Origin: Camelus dromedarius
Lineage: Eukaryota
Length of the DNA stretch: 64,000 nt
Assembly: GCF_036321535.1 (NCBI RefSeq)
Contig: NC_087437.1
Coordinates: forward strand, 75,022,001 to 75,086,000
Direction of reading: 5' to 3'
A model generated the notes under the pieces. The model had not been told where the DNA came from. It ran no database searches and was given only the letters and a program-made list of their open reading frames with translations. Within the stretch, counting starts at the first letter, position 1, and each line of letters starts with the position of its first letter. Of the stretch, positions 50,101-63,797 are shown in pieces. The position numbers and the translations under genes were made by a program.

Positions 50101-50162
50101 CTGAGGCCACATTTTCTAAGTTACCATAAATTGGTGTGTCTTCAAAATCATACTCATCTTCC
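50101..50162 (-). CDS. TRAT1: TRAT1 coding exon 4 (62 nt), contains YGNL motif
   Basis: tatag|G GAA GAT GAG TAT GAT TTT GAA GAC ACA CCA ATT TAT GGT AAC TTA GAA AAT GTG GCC TCA G|gtaagt = (R)EDEYDFEDTPIYGNLENVAS(E). Human: RVDEYYIEDTPIYGNLDDMISE. Confidence 0.96.
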
Positions 50163-50382
50163 CTATAATAAGGAAAAATAATTTGCCTCATTAGAATCTA
50201 CACATAGTTCATAACTAATTTTTCAGCTCAATTCAATATTGGGTAAATGATTACATGTTCTTGTTTAACCTTGACCACCCAAAGTAGATATGTTGATGTG
50301 AGCGTGAGAGAGTCAGTTGCAAATGTGCATGCATGTGGGTGTAGGAATTTGAAAAGTTGTGTTTTGGACCTTCTTTCAGGGA

Positions 50383-50585
50383 ATAATAATAGCAAATATT
50401 ATTTAGTACATAATACTGTGTGTCAGATGCTGTTTGAAGTGCATTATGTATATTTATTCATTTAATTCTCATAACAGTCCAACCAGACAGTTCCTAATCA
50501 GGAAACTGAGGCTGAAGGTCACAAGACCAATAAATGGCAGAGCTGGGATTAGAACTAGATTATCTGTGCTCTGAACTATACATTG
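50383..50585 (-). mobile_element. MIR SINE
   Basis: ataatagcaaatatt...tcatttaattctcataacag...ggaaactgaggct...aaggtcaca...taaatggcagagctgggattagaac. Confidence 0.75.
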
Positions 50586-52489
50586 CACTTCCTATTTATT
50601 TGCCAAGAATATCACTCTGAATGGACCCCTAACACTCTGTTTACTAAGTAAATCTTAATTGGCAGTGATGATTAAAAAAATGAGTCCAGAGAAACACTGT
50701 AGACTCAGCTTGGTAGATGCAATAAAATGACTGATCACCTATTATATCCAAACACTGTGCTGTTTTACATGTATTGTATTAAAAAACCCAGGGAAATTCT
50801 GCAAAAATATTATTATTTCCCACTTTACAGATGAAAAGTCTGAGATTCAGATAGTTCAATGTATTTTCCGTAACCTTATGTGTAATATCAGCAATAAATA
50901 CCAATTGTGAAAGCTTTTATTTATGCCCGTGTTCATTCAACACTCAGGACAACCATATGAGAGGCATTTTTTAAAATAAAATCTTCATGTGCACATAAGG
51001 AATTTGCAATACATAGAGATAAATTGTCCAGAGACACAGAGACAATGATGACAGTGCTAGGATTGTGATGCAAGTCTGGCCCTAAAGCTCTGAATACTAT
51101 TTGTTGTTGATGTTTGATTAAATTTCCCTACAGCCTCATCTGAGTAATCCTATTAGGATTACGGTAGACATCCTACCATTGTCACCAGACAGTGACGATG
51201 GCCCTGATGACCAGCTTTCACAATAGCAGGCTGGGAACACAGAAACATTTCAGGCAGTGAGAGTGGCATTTCATAAAATAGCAGCAACTGCTTTAACTTT
51301 GAGATTACATATCACCAAGAGCTGGAGGGAACTGCATCAGAAGGAAAAAGAACTCTTATCTCAAGGCATAACACCTATACCACTCCCATGCTTCTGAAAG
51401 AAGACACAGTATGTGTAAGTACTAAGTAGGTGTCCTTAAAAAAAAAACAGATCAAATGATACCGGTATGGAATGGTTTGAAAAGTCCAGATGCTGGCATG
51501 AATTTCATTTATCTGATAACAAAGAAACTCATCTGTAACTTTTCTTTCCACTGGCAATTTAATTCAGCTTACTATTGGGATATGGAGCAGTCCCTGTTCA
51601 TGGTTTTTCTCTGGCTATGCAGTGAATATAATAGCAAAAGGTGAAGAATTTTTAATAAGACAATCCATCCATTTTCCTAGCCCACACAGATAGCAGATAC
51701 AACCTGTAAATGATAAATCATGTCCAAAAAATGAACATCATTTCATTCTCTATGAATGAAAATAAGATGTGATTTATAATGCAATGCCCTGTGTCTACAG
51801 GCAGGTCTCAAATGATTAATCAGCTCAAATAAGCTACGTAAAGCAGCAGTTGCCTAACCAACAAATTAAAAAGTATATTTTTACTTGGCAATGCCAAATA
51901 GCTACAGCCTGTTGTGAATATCTAATAAACTTCAAGCACAAACATTTGGCAGTGTTTTATGTGGCAGATTGATTGCTATTTAAAATAAATTAATAAATAA
52001 GCCCAGAAGCATGTGCACCTCTGAGTTTGGGGCCAGATCAGATTCTCCATTGTTCTCGACATGTCTGAGATAATCCCCTAACCAATCAGCATATTTACTG
52101 ATACTCCAGAATTTAAAATAATATTAACTGCATCTTGTAAAATAATATTAATTGCATCCAAGTTTTTCTGCTTTCACATATGTTTTCTCTAGTCTCTATT
52201 TTTAAAGTTCTTATTTATATTTTATCATTATTTTATTGTGAAGTCCTTTAAAGAAAATGCCTCAAATACTTTAAGTAGCTTAAATTCAATTATTAAATAA
52301 TCATTACTTCTGCTTGGGTGACTTTGCCTAGAAAGTCTCTGAGTTTCAGTTTCCTTATTTATAAAATAAGGATATTAAATTATTTAATCCCCATTGATCT
52401 TTTCAGCTCCCAAATTTTATCACATAACTGTGATAAATATCCAAAATAAATAAATAAATAAAAGACATTTCTACAAAACTAAATAAAGC

Positions 52490-53135
52490 TATTTTAAGGG
52501 GCTGGTAAGTCATAAGACTGAGGAAAGAACAAGCTTAGGGGTCTCAGAAGTTAGAAGTTTGGGCTTCCCCAGTGTATAAAAGTGAGAGAGGATGAAATTA
52601 CAAATGGAATGAGTATAGGCAGTGAAGAGGTTCACTAGACAAGCCCTGCACACTCTGATGTCGAAGGTTCAGAAACCAGCCAAGGAGAAGAAGTTGCTGG
52701 TAATTGAGGAGGAAAACCCAAGAGGGCGTGGCCCCGAGCTCAAAGAAGCAAGTGTCTAGAGAAGTAGAGAAGGTCCATGTGTCAGATGGACCACATACAA
52801 TGAGCCTAAGATTTGCCATGTAGATTTCATTGGTGACCTTGACAAGAGCCGAGTCAGTGGATTATTGAGGACAGAAGATTGAATAGAGTAGGTTTAAGAA
52901 GGAGGAGAAGAGGAAAAGAAGCCAGCAAAAAGGTGGCAAAGAATGCAGGTGGAATTTCTGAGTTCTTCTGTAAAGGGCGCAGGGCAATGGAGAGGTAACT
53001 GTGTGCAATATAGTATCAAGGGAGTTTTTCTTCTTTTTTTTAAGATATGAGACAATACTATCTGTGTGTATACTGATGGGAATGAGACAAAGGGGACAGA
53101 AAGAGTGATAATGCAGGAGAGAAAAGGGAAAGTTG
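52490..53135 (-). mobile_element. L2 internal fragment
   Basis: Purine-rich plus strand with gaggaaaacccaagag...tcattggtgaccttgacaagagc...aggtttaagaagg, typical of antisense L2. Confidence 0.7.
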
Positions 53136-56100
53136 TTGCAGCAATGTGACCCTGAGTGTATGCACACTGGATTTTTGCTTTCTTTGACAGGGACTGTGCC
53201 ATGGGTGTAGGTGTCTTGAACTTGGTGTGAGAGGACACCAAAGACAGACCCCTGGTACAGGGGAGAAATGTAAACCCCAGCAAGTTTTCTATGGTTAAGT
53301 TTAGCTAAGAATCAGTAGTGTTTCCTGTGAGGGAGGATGTTAATGGACTCTCAGAGCCATGATATTTAACACTAAATTTTTCTTCTCTTGTCAGTGCTCC
53401 AGTGCCCTTCTGATGAAGCCCACTTCTTTGTAAAGTCAATCAAACACAGACACTTACATTGCTAGTGCTTTGGAGCACTTCAAAAGAAGGGCCTTTTGTC
53501 AAAGGTTTGGGGAAAGGAAACTGGCTAGCATGAAGAATTCTTAAGAGTTGGGGAAAGAATCCTAGAGCAGTGACCTGGAGCTAGGGGTACCCAAAGGCCA
53601 GTCAAAAATAAGATTTTTGGAACTTGTGAGCACTCCTCAAGGATTCCCAAAAATACTTAGGAAGGAGACTGGACTTCTTGCTGTCACATAGGGTTGGAGC
53701 TTGGGTTATGGTTATTTGTACATTAAAAGAAGTAAACAGAAAGCTGGAAAACACGGAGATGCTTTGGTTCCAAATGTGGCCATGGTCACAGAGAGGGCCT
53801 CATCTGCACATCTACTTGGAAGTCTGAGATGCAGGGAAGGCTACCCAGGAGTTCCACTGTTATCAGGGCACTCAGCCCTGGGAACACGTGAAGAGGACAG
53901 TTGAGAGTACAGGTCTGTTCCAGGGCATCAGGTTAGTATTTAGCAAAGAGGGGAAGTGAAAGGGGGTCCTCGGCCTGCAGAGATCCAGAAATCCAAGAAA
54001 CAGTTTTAAGATAGAGGAATAGCTGAGATGAGATATGTTTTGTGATAAAAAGCAATTTAGGTTCCACCCAGGAGGAGACCATGCAAAAGCTGCTAGAAAT
54101 CTGCCTCAAGTCTTTGAGAGACTCTCTGAACACTGAGGAGTTATAATTAGCTTAATGTAAACCTGAACTCCTTTCCTAAATTAGGGGGTGAATATAATTC
54201 AAATGGGTGGGACTTTCCCTAGACCTCAATTTTCATCTAACAAAGCAGCCGGCTTTTTTTTAGCAACTACCCACTGTAAATACAGAATCATATTATAACC
54301 TGTATTTTTCAGATGATAAAATTCAACGTCACTAATGCTCATTTTCCCAAGATTTTACACATTGTAATTGCAAGAGTTTGATTAAAACCCAGAACTGTCT
54401 GGATTTCAAATCCATGATATCCTCACAGAATTATCCTCCTGACACAGATCAAAGGACAAGAATTGTGTAGAATTGTGTTTAAAGGAAAAATTAAGTGGCC
54501 TGGTGGTAAATACCAAGAAGTGTATATTTAGTTCTCTATTAGATGTAGATGCAATGCTGTTCTTAAAGTGATCATGTTCGTGACTTTCTAATGCAGGAAG
54601 GGCAGGGACCAGGGGAAGAAGGATAATAAGATCAGGGAAGCAAATTTCTTTCCCCTCCAGCATAGCTTCCCACCTAAACCAACGCTGAGCAGGGGCAGGG
54701 AAAGAGTGCAGCCAGGAGCGCGGTGTGATGGGCGTTTGCCGCCCTTCTGTCTAGACTCAGATCTTCTAAGAACCGAGGAGGCATCCGTAATTCTAGCCCT
54801 ACCTAAGGAAGATAACCCTTGTTTCCATTTGCTGTTTTACTGTCTATATTTTAGTGGCTGGAAATAGCTCATTTGTTTTTTCCCTGAAGTCTCCATGCTC
54901 TCCTATCAAGATGATTTTGGCTCCCAAACTACATAATCAGAGAAACAGACAAGCTGCAAAGTACATACAGAAACTTGTAAATTAATATGCCAACCACTTT
55001 TTATAGATAAAATCTGCATTGTGTATTCAAATTTTCCTAAACGAAGATTTATTACAATAGATAACCAATTATTAAATCCTTGGGGGAAGGATCTGTATCT
55101 TTTCATCTTTGTATCCCTACTGTCTAGCAGATGCTTATTTGTTGAATGAATATTTATTGAATGAACGAATGTTATAAAAGAACCAGCATCTTTTCTGAAT
55201 TTTCCCTGCAGCTAAGAGCCTCCTTGCTTTGAGATAGGTATTTTGCCAATTTTCCTCTCTGAATCTTCCCATCCTAATCCAAAAACCACCAACCCAGACT
55301 TTGGCAGAATGACCATATCACAGGACTTTCATCACATTGCATCTTAACTGCCTTTCAAATGACAAATATTAAATCAGTCATCAGATTAACTCCAACTTGG
55401 TTATGTAGGATTCTCTCTGTCATATTTTTTCGCTGAAACCAAATCAGCAAATCACTCTTGATATGAACTAATGACTTGAACATTATCTCATGCTATAGAA
55501 TCCAATGTTAAAGTAGTCAAAAATAAAGATTTTCTTTTTTTTGTATGGGTCTGCCTATAGCCCAGATCCTGACTCTTCCAGAGGCATTTCCACATGGAGA
55601 AGACTGTTTCAAAATAGGACCTTTTAGCCAACAAAAAGCTCATAGTCTTATCCTATCCAGTGAGAAAGCTATGTTTTGGGAAGACATTTTTAGTCTTTTA
55701 GTTTTCCATTTCAAAAAGGTCTTGAGGAGTCCTCTAGGAAATGCTCTATATTTAAATTTTTTTTTATTCTAAAAGAGAAATTTCCAATCTGATGACACAT
55801 TTGGGTCAGAATATACTGTCCAAGAAAATGAAACTTATTTACTATGATTTTTACCATTAACCTTCTTTAAAAAGTTTTTTAGAAGTTTCATACTATACAA
55901 ATTTATCTGCAAATCGTTTAATAAGTGTAAGAAAATAAGTTATGTTTTATTTATAGCTGCATATTATTTTAGAGTTATTTATCACATTTCCCTAGTGAAT
56001 GGCAATCCCCTTAAAAGCAGCACAGTGCGAAGCATCCGTGTCTACGAATGTGTGTATACTTACCTTACATTTATTGGGTATTGCCAAATTTCTTTCTACC

Positions 56101-56456
56101 CTGGATTCCTAAGAGCCACGCAATTCTATATTTAATTAGGCGACATTCTTACCATCTGATCTGAATCATAATCTAGGATAGCTCCTGAAATTGATGAGGG
56201 CTCTATAGATACCAGTTTAGAATCTCATTCTGCCCTTCATCCAGCTCTCTCACTGACTCAGCATGAGTAGGTAGCTCGGGCAGATAATAACGTTATAGCT
56301 TTTAATCTTCAGATGGAAGTAAAAGTAATTAAAACTCACTTTTCATTTTATTTTAACCTAAGTACAACATTCCTGAGCCAAACCTATAAGTAATATAGCA
56401 TTAGTTACTTTTCCCTATTACTTGGAGTCGTAATCTATGATTTATTTTCTACATAC

Positions 56457-56493
56457 CTGGGAGTGCAGTCATCGGGGTACATGTATATTTTAT
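56457..56493 (-). CDS. TRAT1: TRAT1 coding exon 3 (37 nt)
   Basis: ctttcag|AT AAA ATA TAC ATG TAC CCC GAT GAC TGC ACT CCC AG|gtatgt = (D)KIYMYPDDCTP(R). Similar to human DKMYSYSSDHTR; phases join exons 2 and 4 in frame. Confidence 0.9.
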
Positions 56494-58399
56494 CTGAAAG
56501 ATAATCAAAGTGGACAAATTAAAAGAAAATTTGACATAACGTGTTAAACCTCCTAGAGCAGGTTCTGAGAGTAGCTTTGCCTCAACATCATTACATGTTT
56601 AATCAAGCCTCTTGGCCACCACTGTTTGACCTAGAGATAAAGACGTTTCTGATTTGGGCCAATCATGTTCTTCCTTGGTAATCTAGGACGGAGAAACAAT
56701 GCAGCTGGCTTGGAAGTGATGTACAGCCCAGATGTGTGGCCATGTCATGAAGGGGAAACTCCAAGCCAAAAACACTGGAACCTCTGTCACTGCCTTTTCT
56801 GTGATTCCAGTCTGTTGTGGGGCACGGCTGTACTTTCTGCCTTTGGGTTCCATGAAACACCTCTGCTTCCTTCTGACAAATTTCCCCCTTTGCCCTTGCT
56901 GGTTTGAATATATTTTTTCATCCTTACGTACACACAAAGTCCCTAGATGATACTTCTATTTATTTATTATTTATCTATCTACCTATCTACCTAATTTTGC
57001 AGTGTCTGTTAACATTTCTTGATGTGTGACAACAACATGAAAATGATGTTTGGGATGTTCCTTTGGTCCTCATTCCATTTCATCCACATGGTGCAAATAG
57101 GAGAAAGGACATATGGGGGTTCTAGGAAGAAGAAATATGGAAAAAGTTGGGAACACAGTCTCTGAAAATAATCAAAACAGTAGAATGACTTTCATAAAGA
57201 ACAGTATGTGTCCTGCAGAAACAAGGCTGACCAGAAATTTGATGTGAAAATCATAATAAAAGTTATGCGTCACATCTCAGAAAGCACCCACTGTTGAACA
57301 TTGGAGGCAGTGGTTCAAAGGCAAATGAAAGGAAGTATTTTTACTTCAAATTAAATAAATACATTTATTAAAAAATAAATCAAAATGGGAAGGAAATAGT
57401 TTCAAGAATTATTTTTAGAAAGACAATAGATTGATAATGAATAATTGAGGGATATTGAGAAATTCATAGTTCATTTTTAATAATTAAGATCAAAATTATG
57501 AAGAAGTCTATTATCCATTCATCAATAAATTTTCTTTGAACTAGATAGATGTATTTGGTATGATATTTATTATATTTTGATTGCATATTATTTAACCTGG
57601 CATTAATTAAAAGCCAAAGTCTTGCAAAAGCTATCATATAAAAGTGAAGCCCAGTATTATCTAAGTCTCTGACAATGACTCAGAGACAATAGGAATCAAA
57701 TGGTGATCTTTCAGTTTTAACATGTGAAAACCACTGTGTGTTCATAAGAAACTGACAAAAACATTTCCAAATAATTGAACAAGTCTCCAAACAACTGCAA
57801 AGACTATTTTTAAATTTATGTGTGACAAAGTTGAATTATTCTCCAGAGAGGTCATTAACTCTTAGAGAAACATTACTGAAGCAAATTATTAAAGTCATCA
57901 CATTGGAGGGCAAAATGGACATCTCATATGTCCACGTGTTTGTACGAATGCTGTGAGGGACCAAATGCAGGAAGTTTTTGCAGAGCACAAACATCAAGCA
58001 ACCAAGACCGAGGGATCAAAAGTGATGAATGTAATCCATTTGGGATCAATCAGAAATATCTAGCCTGCATCTAAAAGATGCAGTTGTTTTCACATTAGTC
58101 TTGTGACTACAAATGCAACATGTGTGTTGGGAGAAGCCTGGGGAAGTCTACTGCTGCACAATAGCCACAAGTTAATGGAAGCCCAGCAAAACCAGAACAC
58201 TTGAGAAATGTAAACAATATCAATACATATAGGAAGAAAATTTAATTAATATAGACTAGAAAATTATAAACTGGAAAATATAAAGTATGTATTGATTTCT
58301 TTTTATATGAATGACATGACTCAGGTCATTAATTATTATTCAGATTTGCCTGGAATTAAAGTGCACATAGAAGAATTTAGTCAACCTATAGCCTGCTGT

Positions 58400-58600
58400 A
58401 GCATGGAACAAATTTAGGGTTAGGAATCAGAAGACACTGGATTTGGGTACCAGCTCTTTAATGCATTTCATTGCAAATGAACATGCAAATCACTGTAAAA
58501 CTCTGACTCTCAGTTTTTGTATAAAGTAGGGTTAGTAATGCCTATATCATGGAGTAGATGTGGAAGATAAATGAAGCAATTTCTGTAAACATATTTCAGG
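58400..58600 (+). mobile_element. MIR SINE (degraded)
   Basis: ggaatcagaagacactggatt...ccagctct...ctctgactctcagtttt...gtaatgcctatatcatgg. Confidence 0.55.
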
Positions 58601-61600
58601 AAATGACAAAGTTGGTTATTACTATTCCACATTCTAAATCCCTGTCATGTAACAAGGCACATTTAATTGTGCTGATTTGAATTGAGAAGTTTCTTCATTA
58701 AATGGATTAGCTATAAACAAGTTGATATAGTTAAGGTGCTATTTTAAAGGTAAAAGATTTATAAGTAAAGCTCAATTTGAAATGAAATAATCAAATCTCA
58801 CCTTTGGCAAGAAGATTGTCACTGAGTAGTAAATTGAAAGGAAAGATAAAAAAAAAATAGTTACAGTACTTGAGTGGAATAAGAAAAAACAGGTATGGAG
58901 TAAAAATATTTCTCCAAACAGACTAACAGTTTTTAAAGATAATGTGGATTTTCCAGTTGGAGGTGCTTAGTGTATGAATGACGGCACCTGGAAAAGATAC
59001 TGTTTTAACATGTAAAAGGATAGCTCTAGAGAAGGAAAATGCAGTTTGACATATTATCAGCAGAGAAAAGCGAAAAAAAAAAAAAAAAAAAAGAATTTAG
59101 ACCAAAAAGCTTTGGTTGAAAAAGGAAAGAGAAACAACTATGTAAAGGATACAGTATAATGTGATGCTTAGGCGGAAGGAAAGGGAACTAAATGTGAACT
59201 AAATGTGAACAAGAAAATAAGTAATGAGTAAAGAACAGTATACATCAGAACCAACTATACTGAAGAAGCACCCTGAAAGGGAACAGTAAAAGGTCAAGTT
59301 CACATCACGCTACTCTTAGAATTTAGATGTATAATCTGGAGCTGGGCAGTCAGTACTTGTGTGCTTTTAGTTTAACAGTACTTACTATAAGAAGTGTGAC
59401 AGAGTACTATCTCTTTAAACAGGGGCGTAGCCATCAAAAGTTTAGAGGATACAGGACAGGAGAAAGGTCAGCAAGCTCAGGCTCCAGAAAAGAGCGTGCT
59501 CTGTCATGAGGACTTTTAAGTTAATTTTAAAATAAATGGCATGATTTAAAACCGTCTTACACATCTCAGTTATATTTAATAAAATAAAATGCAGCTTTTA
59601 TTTTACTATAAGGCAGTTAATTTGCAAGACTTTGTGCTGGAAAAGCTAGGGGAGTTTTCATAATCCTCTCCTTTGATTCAGATACAAACACTGTGGTCAG
59701 GTTCACGGTGGAGAGGGTGTGGGCTAACATTTGCTTTTATGTTTTCCTGCATGTAGTGTTCACCCTTCCATGTGCAAAACACAACAACAAGAAACAACAG
59801 CACATGGTTTAAACTCCATAATGCAAATTTTATGATACATTTTTATCGTGGAAATGTAAAAATAATGTGCTATAATTTTCTGGCAAATAGGAGATACACT
59901 GATAGGACTTTGATGTATGAGCAAACCATACAGTTATTTAGCCTTCTCAAAACAGAGAAGAAAGGCTGGATAAAGAATATTTTTTGGATTTATGGAAGAA
60001 AAAGCGAGTGCAATCCTATCAGAAAGAGAAATAAATATAATACTCTTAAAGAACAGATTTGGACAAAGCATCATAAAAGTGAAAGATTTATTTTTGGGGA
60101 GGGGAGAACTCCATTTCAAAGCTTCTACCTCGCCCTGCTACAGAAAGCATCAAGGGAGAGGCTTATCTTGTCTATCTGATTGAATGTGTAGATACTGTAT
60201 TGTTGTTGGGATATAGATTTTTTTTGTAAGCTATTTAATACACCAGCAAAACTTATTCACTGACTTCAAGGTGGAGTCAGATTTTGCAAGTTTCTTAACC
60301 ACAAAGAATAGCAAAAGATGTAAAAATAAAGTTGCATGAACCCAGATACAGGGGCGTTGTGTACACAGACCAGGGGGCAGAAAAGCTGCTAATGTGATGG
60401 AATATCTTCCAGTCTGTCTGTTTAGGAGAAACAAAGCAGGGAGGTATCTTCAGGAGGACTGGAAAGGGGTCAAACAGTTTGCAGAGACAACTCCCAAACC
60501 ACCTGGAATGTCTGGGTGAGAAAGAAAGACCTGTTTGCTCATATGGAATTGAAAGGATGGCAGTCATTAGTAATATGTGGGTGTTTGGAAAGGCTGCAGA
60601 GAGAAAAAGGTGAAATGAGATAAGAACAAAGGGCATGTTTTTGGCAGCAATGAGCACTGCTTTTAGGCTAATCTTAGATCTGCACACCAGTAAAGTGCAA
60701 GACCCAGTGTTATGCGCTCCACCTAAGGAGGAAAGATTGAGTAAAGTCTCAGTGTGTTTTTTTGTTTTTTTTTCCCCTCCTGGACTCATGAGCATGGGGT
60801 TGAACCTACACTTGACCCACCCCAACCCCTGGTGGAAATGGGCAGTACCCATAATTCCTGACACATGGCAGGTCTCAAGGGTTGGGAGTGGGTGGGGGGA
60901 AAAGGGTGTCCCAAAAGGATGGGAGGGTGTGCATGAGGGTGTGAGATAAAACCCCCAACCCTACACTTGACCAGGGCTGAAACTGGTGACTCCCCTGCTG
61001 GACAGTGTCCTCCTGCCTGGAGTGGTCAGACAGAGCCGCTGGCCCTGGCTCAGACCTGGCTGGGGGGGCGGTGACTTAGGCAGCAGAGTCATGCATAGCA
61101 TGCCTGAGGCAGTAAGAGTTTGTACAATTAAAAAGAAGAAAAAAAAGAAGAGATCGATCTTTAGTTAGCCTACGTATTGTCTTTTAACACTTGTCAACTA
61201 AACCATCACAAGCAAACAACTCCCCAAAGGAGTTTGTATGGTGGCAAAATGGTATGAATATGGATAAATAAATCCCAACGCACAAACTACCACAAATGAG
61301 AGGAGGAGAACTTACACTGTGTTGTAAAAGACCGGTGCAGCCAAATATATCTGGGGCAGAAGTGATAGGTCAATAAAATCAGGCCAGTCCTGATCTGGAT
61401 CACACTGATAAAAGGGATTCTAAACATTCATATTCACCAACCTTCAGTGCAATCATAGGGCTGGAAAAAAGGGCTATTTAAGTTGAAATTAAATAGTTCA
61501 GATTCGCTAGATAAAATTTCAGTTAGACAATTGGATTCAAGTTGAACATATGAACCCACTTGTTCCCTAGCTCCACACAAATCTCCAGAGGTTTTCTGCT

Positions 61601-63171
61601 GGTGTCAGTGGGAGAGTGAAGTGCTTGTTCAGATGACCATTCTCGTCCTGGTTCCCACCTTAAATTATTTCACCTCTTACAGCTCTCAATTCACCTTTTA
61701 CTAATTCAGGTGACAATATTACCTGCATTCATGGAATATTTAATGAGGAAATTAAAGTATAGTCATTTTAAGCTACTGTGTAAAGAACAGTGCTACTCCT
61801 AGCTCTCTTCTTTCTGTAAAGGAAGGAAACTTTTTAGAAGAGGTCTGATGATGGATCTTTCTTGCACTAACATAGAAAGTTTGTCAGTCTGAAAAATATT
61901 TGATTTAAAAAATAACTACTGAAATCATTGCTAGTGAAAGAGTGTTGCTCCCCTGGAATTTCATCTTAGGCATAGAACTGATAGAGGTCCTAAAAGAGTT
62001 GGATTTCTGTCTGAGGACATTTGGTCAAGGATGTGAAAATAGCATGTGCTGGTGGAAATGGCTTAGACAGATAATTAGAAAAACTGAGCACTTATCCTTG
62101 GTTTTGAATAGATGTGTGATCTCAGCTATGTCAATTCATCTGCTAGTGCCTCTCATCTTTGTTTTCAAATCTGTATGACAGTAATGCCTTCTTCAAATTT
62201 TACATTCGTGTAATCAATACTTAAGAAGACACTCAAGAGGATCAAGGACTCTCCCTGGAATCTGAACATTGTTCTAAATTAGCTTCATACGCTTTGTCTT
62301 GGACACATGTGTCTAACTTAGTTTTGTTAAGTTTACTTCATTTATTTTCATCTGTTAAAAGAAAATGTATTTACCTTTTCTCTTCTATTTGTTTATCACT
62401 TAAATGTCCTGCCCCCAAGAGTTTTTTGATTCTGGAATATTAAGACCACTCTGAGAAATAGTTGAACTTTCACTCTCCCATCTATTTGTCCATGTGCTCA
62501 GCACCCATACCTGTGTTGAATGCCTACAGTGTGCAAAGATCGTGCCAGACACTGGGCATCACATTATTTCCATCATGGCACCACAGGGTGAAAGCCACGT
62601 GGTTAAAACTGCTGCCCGCCTTATTGAAAAGAAAAGCTGATGGTGCAGGTCCTCTTGACCTGCCCTCCTAGTCATGGGAGTGTTTGATAACAACGGTGGT
62701 TCAGTCTGTTGCTTGTCCAGTTCCCTTCTGATTCCAACTGAGCCTGCTGCATTCTAGAGGCACTGAATGAGGCTGAGAAGTTTGAGTAGACTTGAGTCGA
62801 ATCTTAAAGAGCTAGTCTGTGCTTTTCTCATCACACATCAGAAAGAGCCATTAGAGATGCTGTAGAATAGGCTACAGTTTCATTAGTTGTTCAACTGGAG
62901 GAGGAAAAATACATTTTAACAGGATAATCCCTTCCTATTCTATATCCTAGAGATAAAGCTAAAACTGGGAGTCTGTTTACATTTCTAGCATGATTGCATT
63001 CTCAAATTAAGAGAACCCTTAGGGTGAAAGAAATGTATCAAATAGATTTTCTACAGATAAAAATATCCTATTGAATAGCGTTTCATAAAATTGTCTTTTT
63101 TTGGTAGGCTTTCCAGTGGCTCAAACTCCATTCAAGCAGGTATCACATGGCTATTTTTCAAAATGTCTTAC

Positions 63172-63282
63172 CTTGTCGCTGCTTTTCCACATAGTGGGAA
63201 ATGTTGAAGATCAGCGATATAGTCAGAGCTAAACCCAAGAAGGCGAGAATTGCCCAGACATAAAACTGGCATTCAGAGTTTT
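63172..63282 (-). CDS. TRAT1: TRAT1 coding exon 2 (111 nt): short ectodomain with Cys, transmembrane helix
   Basis: Minus strand reads cag|AA AAC TCT GAA TGC ... CGA CAA G|gtaaga = (E)NSECQFYVWAILAFLGLALTISLIFNISHYVEKQRQ(D). This matches recalled human TRIM GISGCPFFLWGLLALLGLALVISLIFNISHYVEKQRQD. Canonical AG/GT, phase 1-1. Confidence 0.96.
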
Positions 63283-63797
63283 CTGCAAACAAAAGCAAAC
63301 ACATGCTTAATATAGTAGCTGCTTACTCATTTGTTTTGAACTGGGTATTCCTATGATTAAAACCACTGTATTTATCCACAATGAAGGACAAATTCTCTGC
63401 CAAGAAATTTATTAACATTGACAGCCAAACGCTTTTTACAGATTTCAAAATGGGTATTAGTGACAAGTCCCTGCATTCAGCATGGGTAAAAGACAGCAAG
63501 TTCCCCACATTCCTAGTGATGATGAAATAGAAGACATTTTTAGTCTAGCTACTAAAAGTTGAAAACTGGTGACTGATTATAAAAATTCTGGTTCAAAATC
63601 AAGACTACCCAAATTATGTAGAATCAAAATTGGCTATACTTTTCCCATTTCTTTAATTCTATAGTCATACATGCTCTCATGATGGAGAACACTTACTGCC
63701 TTCTGTTGATCCCAGTACTAGAGGACAGTGTGTGTTGGGATAAAACAATACTTCTGAAGTCGTAGTGACCCAGTTTCGTCAAGATTGGCTCACAGAG

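Noticed and set aside
60295..60864. 189-aa minus-strand ORF (longest in window) and overlapping plus-strand ORFs
   Set aside because: No recognisable homology or domain, includes low-complexity A/T runs, and lies in a TRAT1 intron. Consistent with a chance ORF.
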